Source: Octopus sinensis
Taxonomy: Eukaryota
NCBI RefSeq assembly: GCF_006345805.1
Contig: NC_043000.1
Coordinates: forward strand, 39,866,001-39,930,000
Length of the DNA stretch: 64,000 bases
Direction of reading: 5' to 3'
How positions within the stretch are numbered: the first letter of the stretch is position 1; every line of letters begins with the position of its first letter. Position numbers and translations under genes: made by a program. The notes below the pieces were generated by a model. It had not been told where the DNA came from. It searched no databases and saw only the letters and a list, made by a program, of their open reading frames with translations. Below are positions 26,901 through 43,951 of the stretch, one piece after another.

Positions 26901-29900
26901 CCGGGGTTCGGGAAGCCAGGAAGCTGCACCAGGCTCCAGTCTGATTTGGCAATGTTTCTACAGTTGGATGCCCTTCCTATCGCCAACCACTCCGTGAGTG
27001 TAGTGAGTGCTTTTTACATGCCACCGGCACGGAAGCCAGTCAAGGCGTCTCTGGCATCGGCCACATTCGGATGGTGCTTTCTACATGCCACCGGCACAGG
27101 TATCACAACTGCAATTTCTATTTGATTTTTTTGATGTTGATGTACTTGACTCAATAGGTCTCCTCAAGCACAGCAAATTGCCTTATGATCCAAGGTAAGC
27201 CCAGCAGGCTGTCCTGCAATCCAGGGCACTTTGGATGGGCTGGGGCTTCTATGTGAAGCTGGTGCAGGAAACAGCCATGAACTCACGTTATTTGTCGGGT
27301 CTTCGCAGTCACAGCATATCTCCAGAGGTCTCGGTCTTTTGTCATTGCCTCTGTGAAACCCAATGTTCAAAGGTCATGCTTGACCACCTCATCCCATGTC
27401 TACCTCTACCCCAACTGTTTGGGAGTGGCACTTCTTCACACATCTCTCCTCATCCATCTATAGTACATGACCATACCAGCGCAGACGTCTCTCTTGCACG
27501 TCACATCCAATGCTTCTTATGTCCAGCATTTCTCTCAGGGCACTTACACTTTGTCGTGTATGCACACTGACATTACACATCTAGCAGATCATGCTAGCTT
27601 CATTTCTTTCAAGCTTACGCATGTCCTCTGCAGTCACAGCCCATGTTTCACAACCGTGAAGCATGACAGTTTGCATACATGCATCGTACAATCTACCTTT
27701 CACTCTGAGCGAGAGATCCTTTGTCACCAGTAGGGGTAGGAGCTTTCTAAACTTTGCCCAGGCTATTCTTATTCTACTGGCAACACTCTCTGAGCATCCA
27801 CCCCCGCTACTAACTTGGTCACCTAGGTAGTAGAAACTATCAACTACTTCTAGTTTCTCCCCCAGGAGTGTAATGGAATCTGTTTTCTGAGTATCAATGG
27901 TGTCTATTAGCCCTGTGCATCTGAAGCACACGAAAGCTATCTTCTCGGTTAATTTTCCTTTGATGGTGCTGCACCTCTTATGTGTCCATAGCTTACACTG
28001 GGTATATCTTATGGAGTTTCTACCTACACATTTTCTACAGATCGAGCAGGGCCACCTACCTGAATGGGTGTGTGGTGTGTTTGACTTCCTACTTACTAGA
28101 ACTTTGGTCTTTGCTACATTGACTCTAAGGCCTTTTGATTCTAAACCTAGATTCCACACTCGCAATTTCTTTTCTAGTTCCGGTAGTGATACTGCTATGA
28201 GGGCCAGTCATCAGCATAGAGGAGCTCCCAGGGGCAACCCATCTTAAATTCCTCTGTTATTGACTGGAGGACTAGGATGAATAAAAGAGGACTGAGGACA
28301 ACCTTGGTGGACCCCTACTTCTACCCGAAATTCTTCACTATACTCATTGTCAATCCTAACCTTGCTGATGGCCTCTCTGTATAAGGCCTGTACAGCCCTT
28401 ATTAACCATTCATCAATCTCCAGTTTTCGCATCGCCCACAAGATAAGGGATCGGGTGACCCTGTCAATGGCTTTCTCCAAGTCCATGAAAGCTATGTAGA
28501 GGGGTTTATCTTTAGCCAGGTATTTCTCCTGCAGTTGTCGAACCAGGAATATGGCATCATATGAGAGGCGTTCAATAAGTAATGCCCCTGACCCACTTCC
28601 CATAGTAGTAGAGCAACGAAACTTGACATAGTTATTAGTCTTTTTCTACATAGGAACCACCCAGAGTTACGTATTTCTCCCGTTGTTTGATGCAGCTCTG
28701 AAGACCGTTTTTGTAGAAGACCCCAGCTTGGTCCTCCAACCACGACGTGACTTCAGAAATCAAGGCTGCATCATCTGGGAAACACTTTCCTTTCAAAAAC
28801 AACTTCATGGCTGGGAAGAGGTGAAAATCAGAGGGTGCAGTTCATAGCCGCACGCCTGTGCTTCTGATCTGGCGACACACGAGTTGTTGATCGGAGCGTT
28901 GTCCTGCAGGAGAATGCCTTTGCTGATCTTGCCCCGCCTCTTGATTTTGATAGCTTCTCTTAATTTCCTCAAAAGTGAAGCATAATAGACTCCTGTAATT
29001 GTGGTACCCTTTGCCAGGAAATCTGTCATCACTACTCCGTCCTGGTCCCAGAAGACTGTGAGCATGACCTTGCCAGCGGAGGGTTGCACCCTTGCCTTCT
29101 TTGGAGAGGGTGAGTCACGGTGCTTCCACTGCATTGACTGAGCTTTGGTCTCTGAATCAAAGTGATGGACCCAGGTTTCATCCTGTGTAATCAGTCTTTT
29201 GAAAAATTTTGACTCATCTTCTTGGCACATCTTCAAATTCATCCTCGCGCAATCGACGCGTTCTTGCTTATGGAAAGGTGTGAGCAACCTGGGAATCCAT
29301 CTGGCAGACACCTTTTCCATATGCAAATGGTCATGAATGATAGTTTCCACAGACCCGGTACTAATCTTGACCTCATGGGCTATTTGGCGAATAGTTATGC
29401 GTCGATCTTCCAAAGTGGCAGCCTCAACTTGACGAACAGATGCCTCATCAATGGCAGAAGGGGGCGACCAGATTTGGGAGCTGTTTCCACAAAGTTCCGA
29501 CCATGTTTGAATTCACGATGCCAGCGTTTTACAAGATCATATGATGGGGCATCATCACCATAAGTTACTTTTATTTCATCAAAAGTCTCCCGTGGTGTGC
29601 GTCCTTTCAAATACAAAAACCGCATCACTGCTCGACATTCAACAGGCTCCGTTTCACACTTGACTCAGTTCAAACACCTGTAAATCAGAAACCACTATTA
29701 GTTCAGAGCTGTAATTTGCCCACTTAATCTATAGAGATATAAATGATTGCACATGCAAAATTTCAGCTAGATCAAACAACTGCAAGTGGGTCAGAGGCAT
29801 TACTTATTGAACGCCCGCGTATATATATATGCATATATACATACAGATATATATACATATATACATACATATATACATACATATATATATACATATATAC

Positions 29901-29925
29901 ATACATATATATATACATATATACA

Positions 29926-29961
<36 letters not shown>

Positions 29962-30182
29962 TATATACATACATATATACATATATACATATATACATAC
30001 ATATATATATACATATATACATACATATATATATCACATATATACATACATATACTACATACTGATATACCTACATAATACATATATACATATATAATAC
30101 ATATATATATACATATATACATACATACATACATAATACATACATACATATACATACATACATATATACATACATATATACA

Positions 30183-30218
<36 letters not shown>

Positions 30219-30558
30219 TACATACATACATATATACATACATACATACATACATATACAACATACATACATATATATATATAAACTACATATATACTAC
30301 ATACATACCTATATAATATAACATACATATATATAATAACATACATCATACATATATATATAATATACATACATTATAATACTTAATACATACATATATA
30401 CATACATACATATATACATACATACATATATATATATATTATATACATACATATATACATACATACATATATATACATATATACATATATATACATATAT
30501 ACAATATATTATATACATATATACATATATACACATATACATACATACATATATATAC

Positions 30559-30597
<39 letters not shown>

Positions 30598-31319
30598 CAT
30601 ATATATACATACATACATATATATACATACATATATACATATACATACATATATACATACACACATATATATACATACATATATACATGTATATACATAC
30701 ATATATATATACATATATACATGTATATACATACATATATATATACATATATACATGTATATACATACATATATATATACATATATACATATATATACAT
30801 ATATACATACATATATACATATATATACATATATACATACATATATATACATATATACATACATATATACATATATATACATATATACATATATATACAT
30901 ATATACATATATATACATATATACATACATATATACATATATATACATATACATATATACATATATATATACATATATACATATATATATACATATATAC
31001 ACATATATACATATATATACATATATACATATATACACATATATATACATATATACACATATATACATATATACACATATATACATATATACACATATAG
31101 ATATATACATATATACATATATACATATATATACATACATATATATATATATACACACATATATACATATATACACATACATATATATATATATATATAT
31201 ACACATACATACATATATACATACATACATACATATATACATACATACATATATACATATATACATACATATATATATACATACATATACATATATACAT
31301 ATATATACATACATATACA

Positions 31320-31371
<52 letters not shown>

Positions 31372-33174
31372 CACACATATATACATACATACATATATAC
31401 ATACATACATACATACATATACATACATACATATATACATACATATATACATACATATATACATACATACATACATATACATACATACATACATATATAC
31501 ATACATATATACATACATATATACATACATACATACATACATATATACATACATACATACATACATATATACATACATATATACATACATACATATATAT
31601 ATATATACATACATATATATATATATACATACATATATATATATACATACATACATATATATATATACATACATACATATATATATATACATACATACAT
31701 ATATATATATACATACATACATATATATATATATATACATACATACATATATATATATACATACATACATATATAATATATATACACATACATACATATT
31801 ATATATATATATATATACATACATATATATATATACATACATATATATATATATATACATACATATATATATATACATACATATATATATATACATACAT
31901 ATATATACATACAATATATATATACATACATATATATATATACATAATATATATATACATACATTATATTATACATACATATATATCATACATATATATA
32001 TACATACATATATATATACATACATATATATATATACATACATATATAATATATACATACATATATACATACATAATATATATACATATATATATATCAT
32101 ACATATATATATATACATACATACATACTATATATATACATACATATATATATATACATACATACATATATATATATATATACATATATATACATACATA
32201 TATATATACATATACATACATATACATACATATATATATACATATACATACATACATATATATACATATACATACATATATATACATATATATACATACA
32301 TATACATATATACATATACATATATTTACATATACATACATACATATATATACATACATATACATATATACACATATACATATATATATACATACATACA
32401 TACATATACATACATATACAGATATTATACAATATATACATATACATAATGCATATATATACATATATACATATACAAATATATATATACATATGCAAAT
32501 ATATACATCTATATATATATACATACATATATATCATATATATATATATATATCTATATATATACATATATATATTACATATATATAATATACAACATAT
32601 ATATATATACATATATATATATAATATATATCTATTCATATATTATACATATATATATATACATATATATATATATTATATATATCATACATATACTATA
32701 TACATATATATATATACATATATATATACATATATATATATACATACATATACATATATACATACATATACATACATATATACATACATATACATACATA
32801 TACATACATATACATATATATACATATATTCGGTACAAGCAATTAAGATTCAAGTGAGTTCTGTTGAATTCACATGAATATGGTACTTAACTTGGATGCA
32901 CCAGAAATCTATATGGTGTTAACCATACGACAATGCGGGGTGATTATAAATAGGAATAAAGCAACAAGAATGGATCAATATTTCGGTACAATTGTTTCGT
33001 ACGAAGACATCTTTAATAAGGCTACAAAAATTGCAGTAAATATAAGTACGGGTCACATATTTACTGCAATTTTTGTAGCCTTATTAAAGATGTCTTCGTA
33101 CGAAAAAATTGTACCGAAATATTAATCCATTCTTGTAGCTTTTTTCCTATATATACATATACATACATACATAT

Positions 33175-33213
<39 letters not shown>

Positions 33214-35203
33214 AATATATATACATATATATATATACATAGATGCTAAAAATTATAGGCCTATCTCTCTGACCTCACACATCAGCAAAGTCATGGAACG
33301 AATAGTCCGTAAGAAACTAATCATGTTCCTTGAAGAAAATGACTTACTGTCTGACACCCAGCATGGATTTCGACCAGGTAGAGGCTGCCTAACGCAGCTC
33401 CTGCAACACTATGACTAGGTGTTGAAACAACAGCTACTAATGGCTCAATGTGGATGTAATATATCTTGACTTTGCAAAAGCCTTTGATAAGTCGACCATG
33501 GTATGATCTGTCACAAACTGCGTGGTCTCCATCATAGGCGGGAAACTTGGAGAGTGGCTGCACAACTTCCTAAAAGACAGAAAACAGGCAGTTGTGAGCA
33601 ATGGAGCCACCTCCAGGGAACGCAAATAACAAGCGGTGTCCCACAGGGCACTGTCTTGGGGCCACTGATGTTCATAGTGGCCCTTTCAGACATGCCTTCA
33701 GTTGCTACGATGACCACCCTTGCTAGCTATGCAGATGACACAAAGGTCTCCCACAATACATACAAACCTGAAAATATTGCGCATCTGCAACATGAGCTGG
33801 ACACAATATACAGGTGGGCTGAGGACAACAACATGCAGTTTAATGCAGGTAAGTTCCAGGCCCTGCGCTACTGGCACACAAAGGTAAATGACGTGAAGAC
33901 TGGATACACTGGCCCAGGAAGAATTGCATCCCTGAGTCAAAATCAGTGCGTGACCTGGGCATTGACATGAGCAATGATGCATCTTTCCAAATGCATATTG
34001 CTAATCTGGTGATAAAATGCAGACGGCTAGCTGGATGGATTCTCCGAACTTTCAGAACAAGAGAGAAGGAGACACTGATGGTCCTATGGAAAACATTTGT
34101 CCTCAGCCGCTTGGACTACTGCTCCCAACTTTGGTCACCACACAATATAAAACAAACAGCAGAACTCGAAGCAACTCAGAGAAGCTACACAAGAAAATCG
34201 TCTCAATGCAAAATGTCAGCTACTGGGAAAGACTGAAGGTATTAAACCTCTTCTCCCTGGAGCGGAGGCGGGAGAGATATGCAGTAATATACATCTGGAA
34301 AATCCTGGAGGGTCTTATCCCAAACTTTGGCATTCAAAGTTACTCCAACCGCAGAACGGGGCGCCGCTGCGTGGTGCCAAGGATTCCAACATCACCATCA
34401 AAATACAGGTCCAGATACTGCAACAGCTTGGGTTTCAGAGGACCACAGCTTTTCAACATCCTCCCTAAATGCCTGAGAGACTTACATGGTGTGGATGTGG
34501 GTTTCTTTAAAACTAAACTGGATCTCTTCTTGTTGGGAGTCCCAGATGAACCTACCTCACGACAGGAGACACGGATGCGGGCAGCAGCATCGAACTCCCT
34601 TGTTGATCAAGTGCCACGTATCAGAGGTGGATTCACAAACTAGTGTGGCTCATTCAGCGGTGGTGCCCCAGCATGGCCGCGGCCTTCGGGCTAAAACATT
34701 TTTAAGGATTTAAGGATATATATACATACATATATATATATATACATACATATATATATATATACATACATATATATATATACATACATATATATATATA
34801 TACATACATATATATATATACATACATATATATATATATACATACATATATATATATACATACATATACATATATATATATACATACATATATATATATA
34901 TATATACATACATATATATATATATATATACATACATATATTATAATACATACATATATATATTATATATACATACATATTATATATACATACATAATAT
35001 ATATATACATACATATATATATATAATACATACATATATATATACTATACATACATATATATATATACATACATATATATATACATACATATAATATATA
35101 ATACATATATATATATACATACATATATATATACATACATTATATATACATACATATATATATATATACATACATATAATATACATACATATATATATAT
35201 ATC

Positions 35204-35234
<31 letters not shown>

Positions 35235-36358
35235 ATACATACATATAATATATATACATACATATATATATATATACATACATATATATATACATACTAT
35301 ATATATATATACATACATAAATATTACATACATATATATATATATATACATATATATACATACAATATATATATATATTACATACATATATATATACCTA
35401 TACATACATATATATATATATATATCATATATTATACATACATATATATATATATACATACTACATATATATATACATACATATATATATACATACATAT
35501 ATATATATATCTATATATATATACATACATATATATATATACATACATATATATATATACATATATAATACATACATATATATATATATATACATACATA
35601 TCTATATATACATATATATATATACATAACATACATATTACATACATACATATATATACACATATATATATATACTACATATATAATATATACATATATA
35701 TATATATACATATCATATACATATACTACATATATATATACATATATATATATATCCATACATATACATATATATACATATACATATATATATAACATAT
35801 ACATAATCTATATACATATCTATATATACATATACATATATACATATTATATATATCATATATTATATATACATATACATATATATACATATACATATAT
35901 ATACATATACATATATATACATATACATATATATACATATACATATACATATATATACATATACATATATATACATATACATATATATACATATACAACA
36001 TATATATACATATACATATATATACATATACATATATATATACATATACATATATATACATATATATACATATACATATATATACATATACATATATACA
36101 TATACATATACATACATATACATATACATATACATACATATACATATACATACATATACATATACATACATATACATATATATACATATACATATATATA
36201 CATATACATACATATACATACATATACATATACATACATATACATACATATACTATACATACATATACATATACATACATATACTACATAACTATACATA
36301 ACATACATATTACAATACATACATATACATATACATACATATACATACACATACATAT

Positions 36359-36400
<42 letters not shown>

Positions 36401-37442
36401 ACATATATATACATATACAATATATACATATCATACATATACATACACATATACATATATATACATATATATATACATATACATATAGATACATATACAT
36501 ATATATACATATACATATATATACATATACATTATTACATATACATATATATACATATACATATATATAACATATACTATATATACATATAACATATATA
36601 TACATACATATACATATATATACCTAATATACATATATACTATATATATACATATATATACATTATATATATATATATATATCACATATATATACATATA
36701 ATATATATATACATAATTTACATATATATCATATATATATAATATACATATATATAACATATATATAATATATACATATATATATCATATATATACATAC
36801 ATATATATATATATATACATATATATACATATATAACATATATATAGTATATATATACTATATATATATATCAATATATTATACATATATATACTATATA
36901 TATATATATCATATATATATATATATACATATAATATACATATATATATACATATATATATACATATATATACATATAATATATACTATATATACATATA
37001 TATACATATATATACATATATCTAGTACTATATATACATATATATATATACCTATATATTATACTATATATATATATAATATATAATATATACATATATA
37101 TATATATACATATATATTATATCCATATATACTATACATATATAATATATACATATAATTATATACATATATATATATATACATATATATAGATATATAT
37201 ATACATATATACATATATACATATAATACATCTATACATATCATATATATATACATATATACATATATACTATATCCATATATACATATATACATATATA
37301 TAACATATATATATATATTATAATATATACATATATATTATACATATATATATACATATATACTATACATATATATATATACATATATATATATACATAT
37401 ATATATATACAATATATATATATACATATTATATATATATAC

Positions 37443-37523
<81 letters not shown>

Positions 37524-38082
37524 CATATATATATTATACATATATATATATATAGCATATATATATATATAAATAATATAATATACATATATATATATAC
37601 ATATATATATATACATATTATATATATATACATATATATATATACACAATATATATATATACCTATATATATATACATATATATATATACACATATATAC
37701 ATATATACATATATATATATACATATATATATATATACATATATATATATACATATATATACATATACATATATATACATATATATATATATACATATAC
37801 ATATATATACATATATATATATACATATATATTATATACATATATATATATACATATATACATATATATCATATATACATATATACATATATACATATAC
37901 CATATATATACATATATTATATATACATATATATATATATATATATAATACTATATACATATATACATATGCATATACACTATATATATATATTATATAT
38001 ATATATATATTATATATATATACATATACATATATTATATATATACATATATATATATCAATATATATATAATACATATATC

Positions 38083-38140
<58 letters not shown>

Positions 38141-38335
38141 CATTATATATATATTATATATATATATAATATATATACCTATATATATATATCATATATA
38201 TATATATATATATACAATATATATATATATATACAGATATATAATATATATATATAGATATATATATACATAATTATATATAATATATATATATCATATA
38301 TATATCATAGATATATATATATATATACATATATC

Positions 38336-38374
<39 letters not shown>

Positions 38375-40953
38375 TATATATATATATATATAGATATATA
38401 TACATATATATATATATATACACTACCGTCAGAAATTAATTAGCACCCTTGATTTGCTCTTCACTCAAGGTATTTGCTGTCACCTAGTGGCCATATCTCG
38501 AAGTATTGCTTTGTTGTGAGTTCACTGTTGTGCAGAACGATGACGTAACTCTGTTTGCAGAGCAGTTTGAGAGTCTACAGCCTAATGATGTGGACATAGC
38601 AGTGCAACAACAACTTGGAGTGCGGTAGCAGACAAATCTTCCTTTGTTTAATAGATATAGGTAGCGCCTCGCAAGGACCGAAATCACACCGTACTAAGTT
38701 TTCTCATCGCGTAAGACGTTTTGAACAGCTCGTAGGTTAATTGATTTGTGTAGTTGCAAGATTTTTTTTCCTCACAAATTCTCCTACACTCTGCTTGATG
38801 ACGTCACTTCCGGTTCACAAAACTTTCTGTTATACATCAAATAAGATGAGAAATTCTGCTTTCTTTCTTTTTTGTTTAATGAATAATAACTCATAGCAGT
38901 TTTGTTATAGCATAACATTATTCAAATGAATAGTTTTAATGAAAATAACTGGTTTTTATCGTTCATCCCTAGATGGGCCCAGGACCTCGCATGACCTTGG
39001 AGAGACGGTACGAGGCTCTCTCGTGGCGTGGGAAGCTGTCGGAGGCTGCAATAGCCAGAAAAGTTGGTGTAGCCAGGCGCACAATTCAGTGCTTATTTAA
39101 GAAATACGAGGAAACCAGATCAGCAGCTGACAAAAAGGGTAGGGGACGTAAGAGGCTGACGACCCAGCAGGAGGACCGGATGCTGATCCGAAAGTCACTG
39201 TACAACCGAAGGGCAACGAGCCGGCAACTGGCGGAGGAGATGCAAAAGATGACAGGGAAGCAGTTGTCTACAACCACCGTCAAGACCAGATTACTGGAAG
39301 CCGCTCCTTACAGCCTAAAACCGGAAGAGGCGGCTGCTCTGGGCCGTGCCACAAGACATGGACGTGCAGCAGTGGCAGACAGTGATGTTCACTGACGAGT
39401 CGCGATTCAGTCTCGTCAGTGACAAGCCTGTCCATGTGCGACGCTGCAGGGGTGAGCGCTTCAACAAGACTGCATTGCTCCCACATGAAGCATGGTGGGG
39501 GTGGTCTGATGGTGTGAGGGGTGTTCAGCTACAGTGTGTTGTTGGCGGCTCTATGCCGTCGAAGGCAACATCAACGCAGCAAAGTACGTTGAGATAGTAC
39601 GGGATACCTCTTTGGTGGCGAGGAGTACGTGCTCCAGCAGGACAACGCGCCTTCCCACACAGCCAAGCTCACAACCGGTTTCTTCAAGGACCATGGGGTG
39701 ACGGTCATGGACTGGCCTGGCCAGTCACCTGACCTGAACCCTATTGAGAACCTCTGGAGTCGATTGGGTAGGGATTTGAATGTGCAGCAATACAGGAACC
39801 GACACGAGCTGTTTGGGGCACTTCTTGCTGCATGGAGGGCCATCCCTGCACAGTACCTGCAGGCACTCATAGACAGCATACCGACCTGCATAGCAGCTGT
39901 CATTGCTGCCAAAGGAGGAGCAACAAGATATTGACTAAATTTCACGATTAATAACAATTATGTGGTGTGCTGGGATATGTTTTAATAAATTTTTGATTAA
40001 AAACGAGTTCGTTTCTGATAATAAGTTAATTAAATTAAGAAAATGTAAGAAAATGTAGAAATTTGAGAAGTGCTAATTAATTTCCGACGCAAGTGTACAT
40101 ATACATATATATACATATACATACATACATATATATATATACATATACATACATATACATATACATACATATATATATATATATACATATACATACATAT
40201 ATATATATATACATATACATACATATATATATATATATACATATACATACATATATATATATATATATATACATATACATACATATATATATATACATAT
40301 ACATACATATATATATATACATATACATACATACATATATATACATACATATACATACATACATATATATACATACATACATATACATATATATACATAT
40401 ACATACATACATATATATATATATACATATACATACATATATATATACATATACATACATACATATATATATATACATATACATACATACATATATATAT
40501 ATATACATATACATACATACATATATATATACATACATACATACATATATATATATATACATATACATACATACATATATATATACATACATACATACAT
40601 ATATACATATACATACATACATACATATATATACATATACATACATACATATATATACATACATACATATATATATACATATACATACATACATATATAT
40701 ATACATATACATACATACATATATATATACATATACATACATACATATATATATATATACATATAAATACATACATATATATATATACATATACATACAT
40801 ATACATACACATACATATACATACATATATATATATATACATATACATACATATACATACACATACATATACATACATACATATATATATATATACATAT
40901 ACATACATATACATACACATACATACATATATATATATACATATATATACATA

Positions 40954-40991
<38 letters not shown>

Positions 40992-42155
40992 ATATACATA
41001 TATATATACATACATATATATATACATACATATATATATATATACACATATATATATATATACACATATATATACATATATACATATATATACATATATA
41101 CATATATATACATATATACATATATACATACATATATATATATACATACATACATACATACATATATATACATACATCATCATCATTTAACGTCCGCTTT
41201 CCATGCTAGCATGGGTTGGACGGTTCAACTGGGGTCTGGGGAGCTCGAAGGCTGCACCAGGCCAGTCAGATCTGGCAGTGTTTCTACAGCTGGATGCCCT
41301 TCCTAACACCAACCACTCCGAGAGTGTAGTGGGTGATTTTATGTACCACCGACACAGGTGCCAGACGAGGCTGACGAACGGCCACGCTCGGATGGTGTTT
41401 TTTATGTGCCACCGACACAGGTGCCAGACAAGGCTGGCAGACGGCCACGCTCGGATGGTGTTTTTATGTGTCACCGACACAGGTGCCAGATGAGGCTGGC
41501 GAACGGCCACGATCGGATGGTGTTTGTTACGTGCCCACAGCACGGAGGCCAGTCGATGCTGTACTGGCTACGGCCACGTTCGGATGGTTTTCTTGTGTGC
41601 CACCGGCACTGGTACCACAAAAATACAAATTCCATTGATGTTCATCTATTTTGATTTGTTTTGATTTGATTTGATTTGATTTGATTTGATTTTCACTTGC
41701 CTCAACAGGTCTTCACAAGTGTCACAAGAAGGAAGGTATGCACAGGTGGACTGACTACGTCCCAGGTAGGGGCCACAGGTTATGGCCTGATTAGTCTTGC
41801 CGGGTCTTCGGATGGTGTTTTTATGTGCCACCGACACAGGTGCCAGATGAGGCTGGCGAACGGCCACGATCGGATGGTGTTTGTTACTGCCCACAGCACG
41901 GAGGCCAGTCGGTGCGGTACTGGCTACAGCCACGTTCGGATGGTTTTCTTGTGTGCCATTGATGTTCATCTATTTTGATATATACATATACATACATATA
42001 TATATTTATATATACACATACATATATATATACATACATACATATATATATTTATATATACACATACATATATATATATACATACATACATATATATATA
42101 TTTATATATACACATACATATATATATACATACATACATATATATATTTATATAT

Positions 42156-42200
<45 letters not shown>

Positions 42201-43911
42201 CATATATATATAGTCAGAAAGAAACTAATCGCATTCCTTGAGGAAAATAACTTGCTGAATGATACCCAGCATGGTTTTCGACCAGGCAGGAGCTGCCTGA
42301 CCCAGCTCTTACAACATTATGACTGGGTGTTGAGGCAGTTACTCAACAAATCAAATGTGGACGTAATCTACCTTGATTTTGCAAAAGCTTTTGACAAGGT
42401 GGATCATGGTATGATATGCCACAAACTGCGTGACCTCGGCATAGCTGGAAAACTTGGAGTATGGTTACATGACTTCCTGAAAGATAGGAGTCGGGCAGTA
42501 GTGGTTAATGGAGCCACCTCTATGAACACACAAATAGTGAGCAGTGTTCCACAGGGCACTGTCTTGGGACCACTGCTTTTTATAGTGGCCCTCTCTGATA
42601 TGCCCTCAAATGCCCGGATAGCCACTCAGGCCAGCTACGCAGACGATACGAAAGTCTCGCAGAAAATACAGAACCCCAGCAATGTTGCACACCTGCAGCA
42701 AGAGTTGGACTCAATCTACAGATGGGCTGAGGATAATATTATGCAGTTTAATGCTGAAAAATTCCAGGCCCTGCACTACCAGCATCCAAAACTGAATATT
42801 AAACTTACAGGATACACCGGTCCACAGAGAATTTCAATCCCAGAGCCTAAGTCTGTGAGGGACCTGGGTATCGACATGAGTGATGATACTTCTTTCCAAG
42901 TGCACATTGCCAGGATGGCGACAAAGTGCAGACGACTGGCTGGGTGGATCCTAAGAACATTCAGAATCAGAGATAAGGAAACCATGATGATCCTCTGATG
43001 GACATTCGTCCTCAGCCGCCTGGATTACTGCTCACAGCTATGGTCACCCACCAGTGTAAAATTAACAGCGGACCTTGAAGCAATCCAGAGAAAATTCACA
43101 AAGAAGATCGTCTCTTTGCAACAACTCAGCTACTGGGAAAGGTTGAAACAGCTAAGACTCTACTCCCTGGAGAGAAGACGGGAGAGGTATGCAGTAACAT
43201 ATGTCTGGAAGATCCTGGAAGGAATTGTGCCAAATTTTGGCATTGTAAGCTACACCAATGCTAGAACGGGACGACACTGTATAGTGCCAAAGATCCCAGC
43301 AATGCCATCACGCTTCAGGACCAGCTTCTGCAACAGCCTGGGTTTCAAGGGCCCACAGCTTTTTAATATTCTCCCAAAAGTCTGAGGAACTTGCACAAAG
43401 TAGATGTAGCGGTTTTTAAATCAAAGCTGGACATCTTCCTGTCGAGAGTCCCAGATGAACCTACCTCACGGCAAGAGGTGCAAATGAGAGTAGCTGTATC
43501 AAACTCCATTCTTCACCAAGTGCCACATATTAGACGAGGTTCTTCGCAATAACAGTGTAGCACAAAACGGTGGTGCATCAGCATGGCCGCAGCTCTGAGC
43601 TGAAACCAGAGAAAAAAACAAAAACATACATATATATATATATATACCAGCCCCACCCCTGGCACCTGTGCAGGTGGCACATAAAATGCACCCACTACAC
43701 TCACAGAATGGTTGGCATTAGGAAGGGCATCCAGCTGTAGAAAGACTGCCAGATCAGACTGGAGCCTGATGCAGCCTCCTGGCTTACCCAGACCCCGGTC
43801 AAACTGTCCAACCTGTGCTAGCACGGAAAACGGACGTTAAACGACGATGATGATGATGATGATATATATATACATGTATATATATACATATGTATATATA
43901 CATATATATAC

Positions 43912-43951
<40 letters not shown>

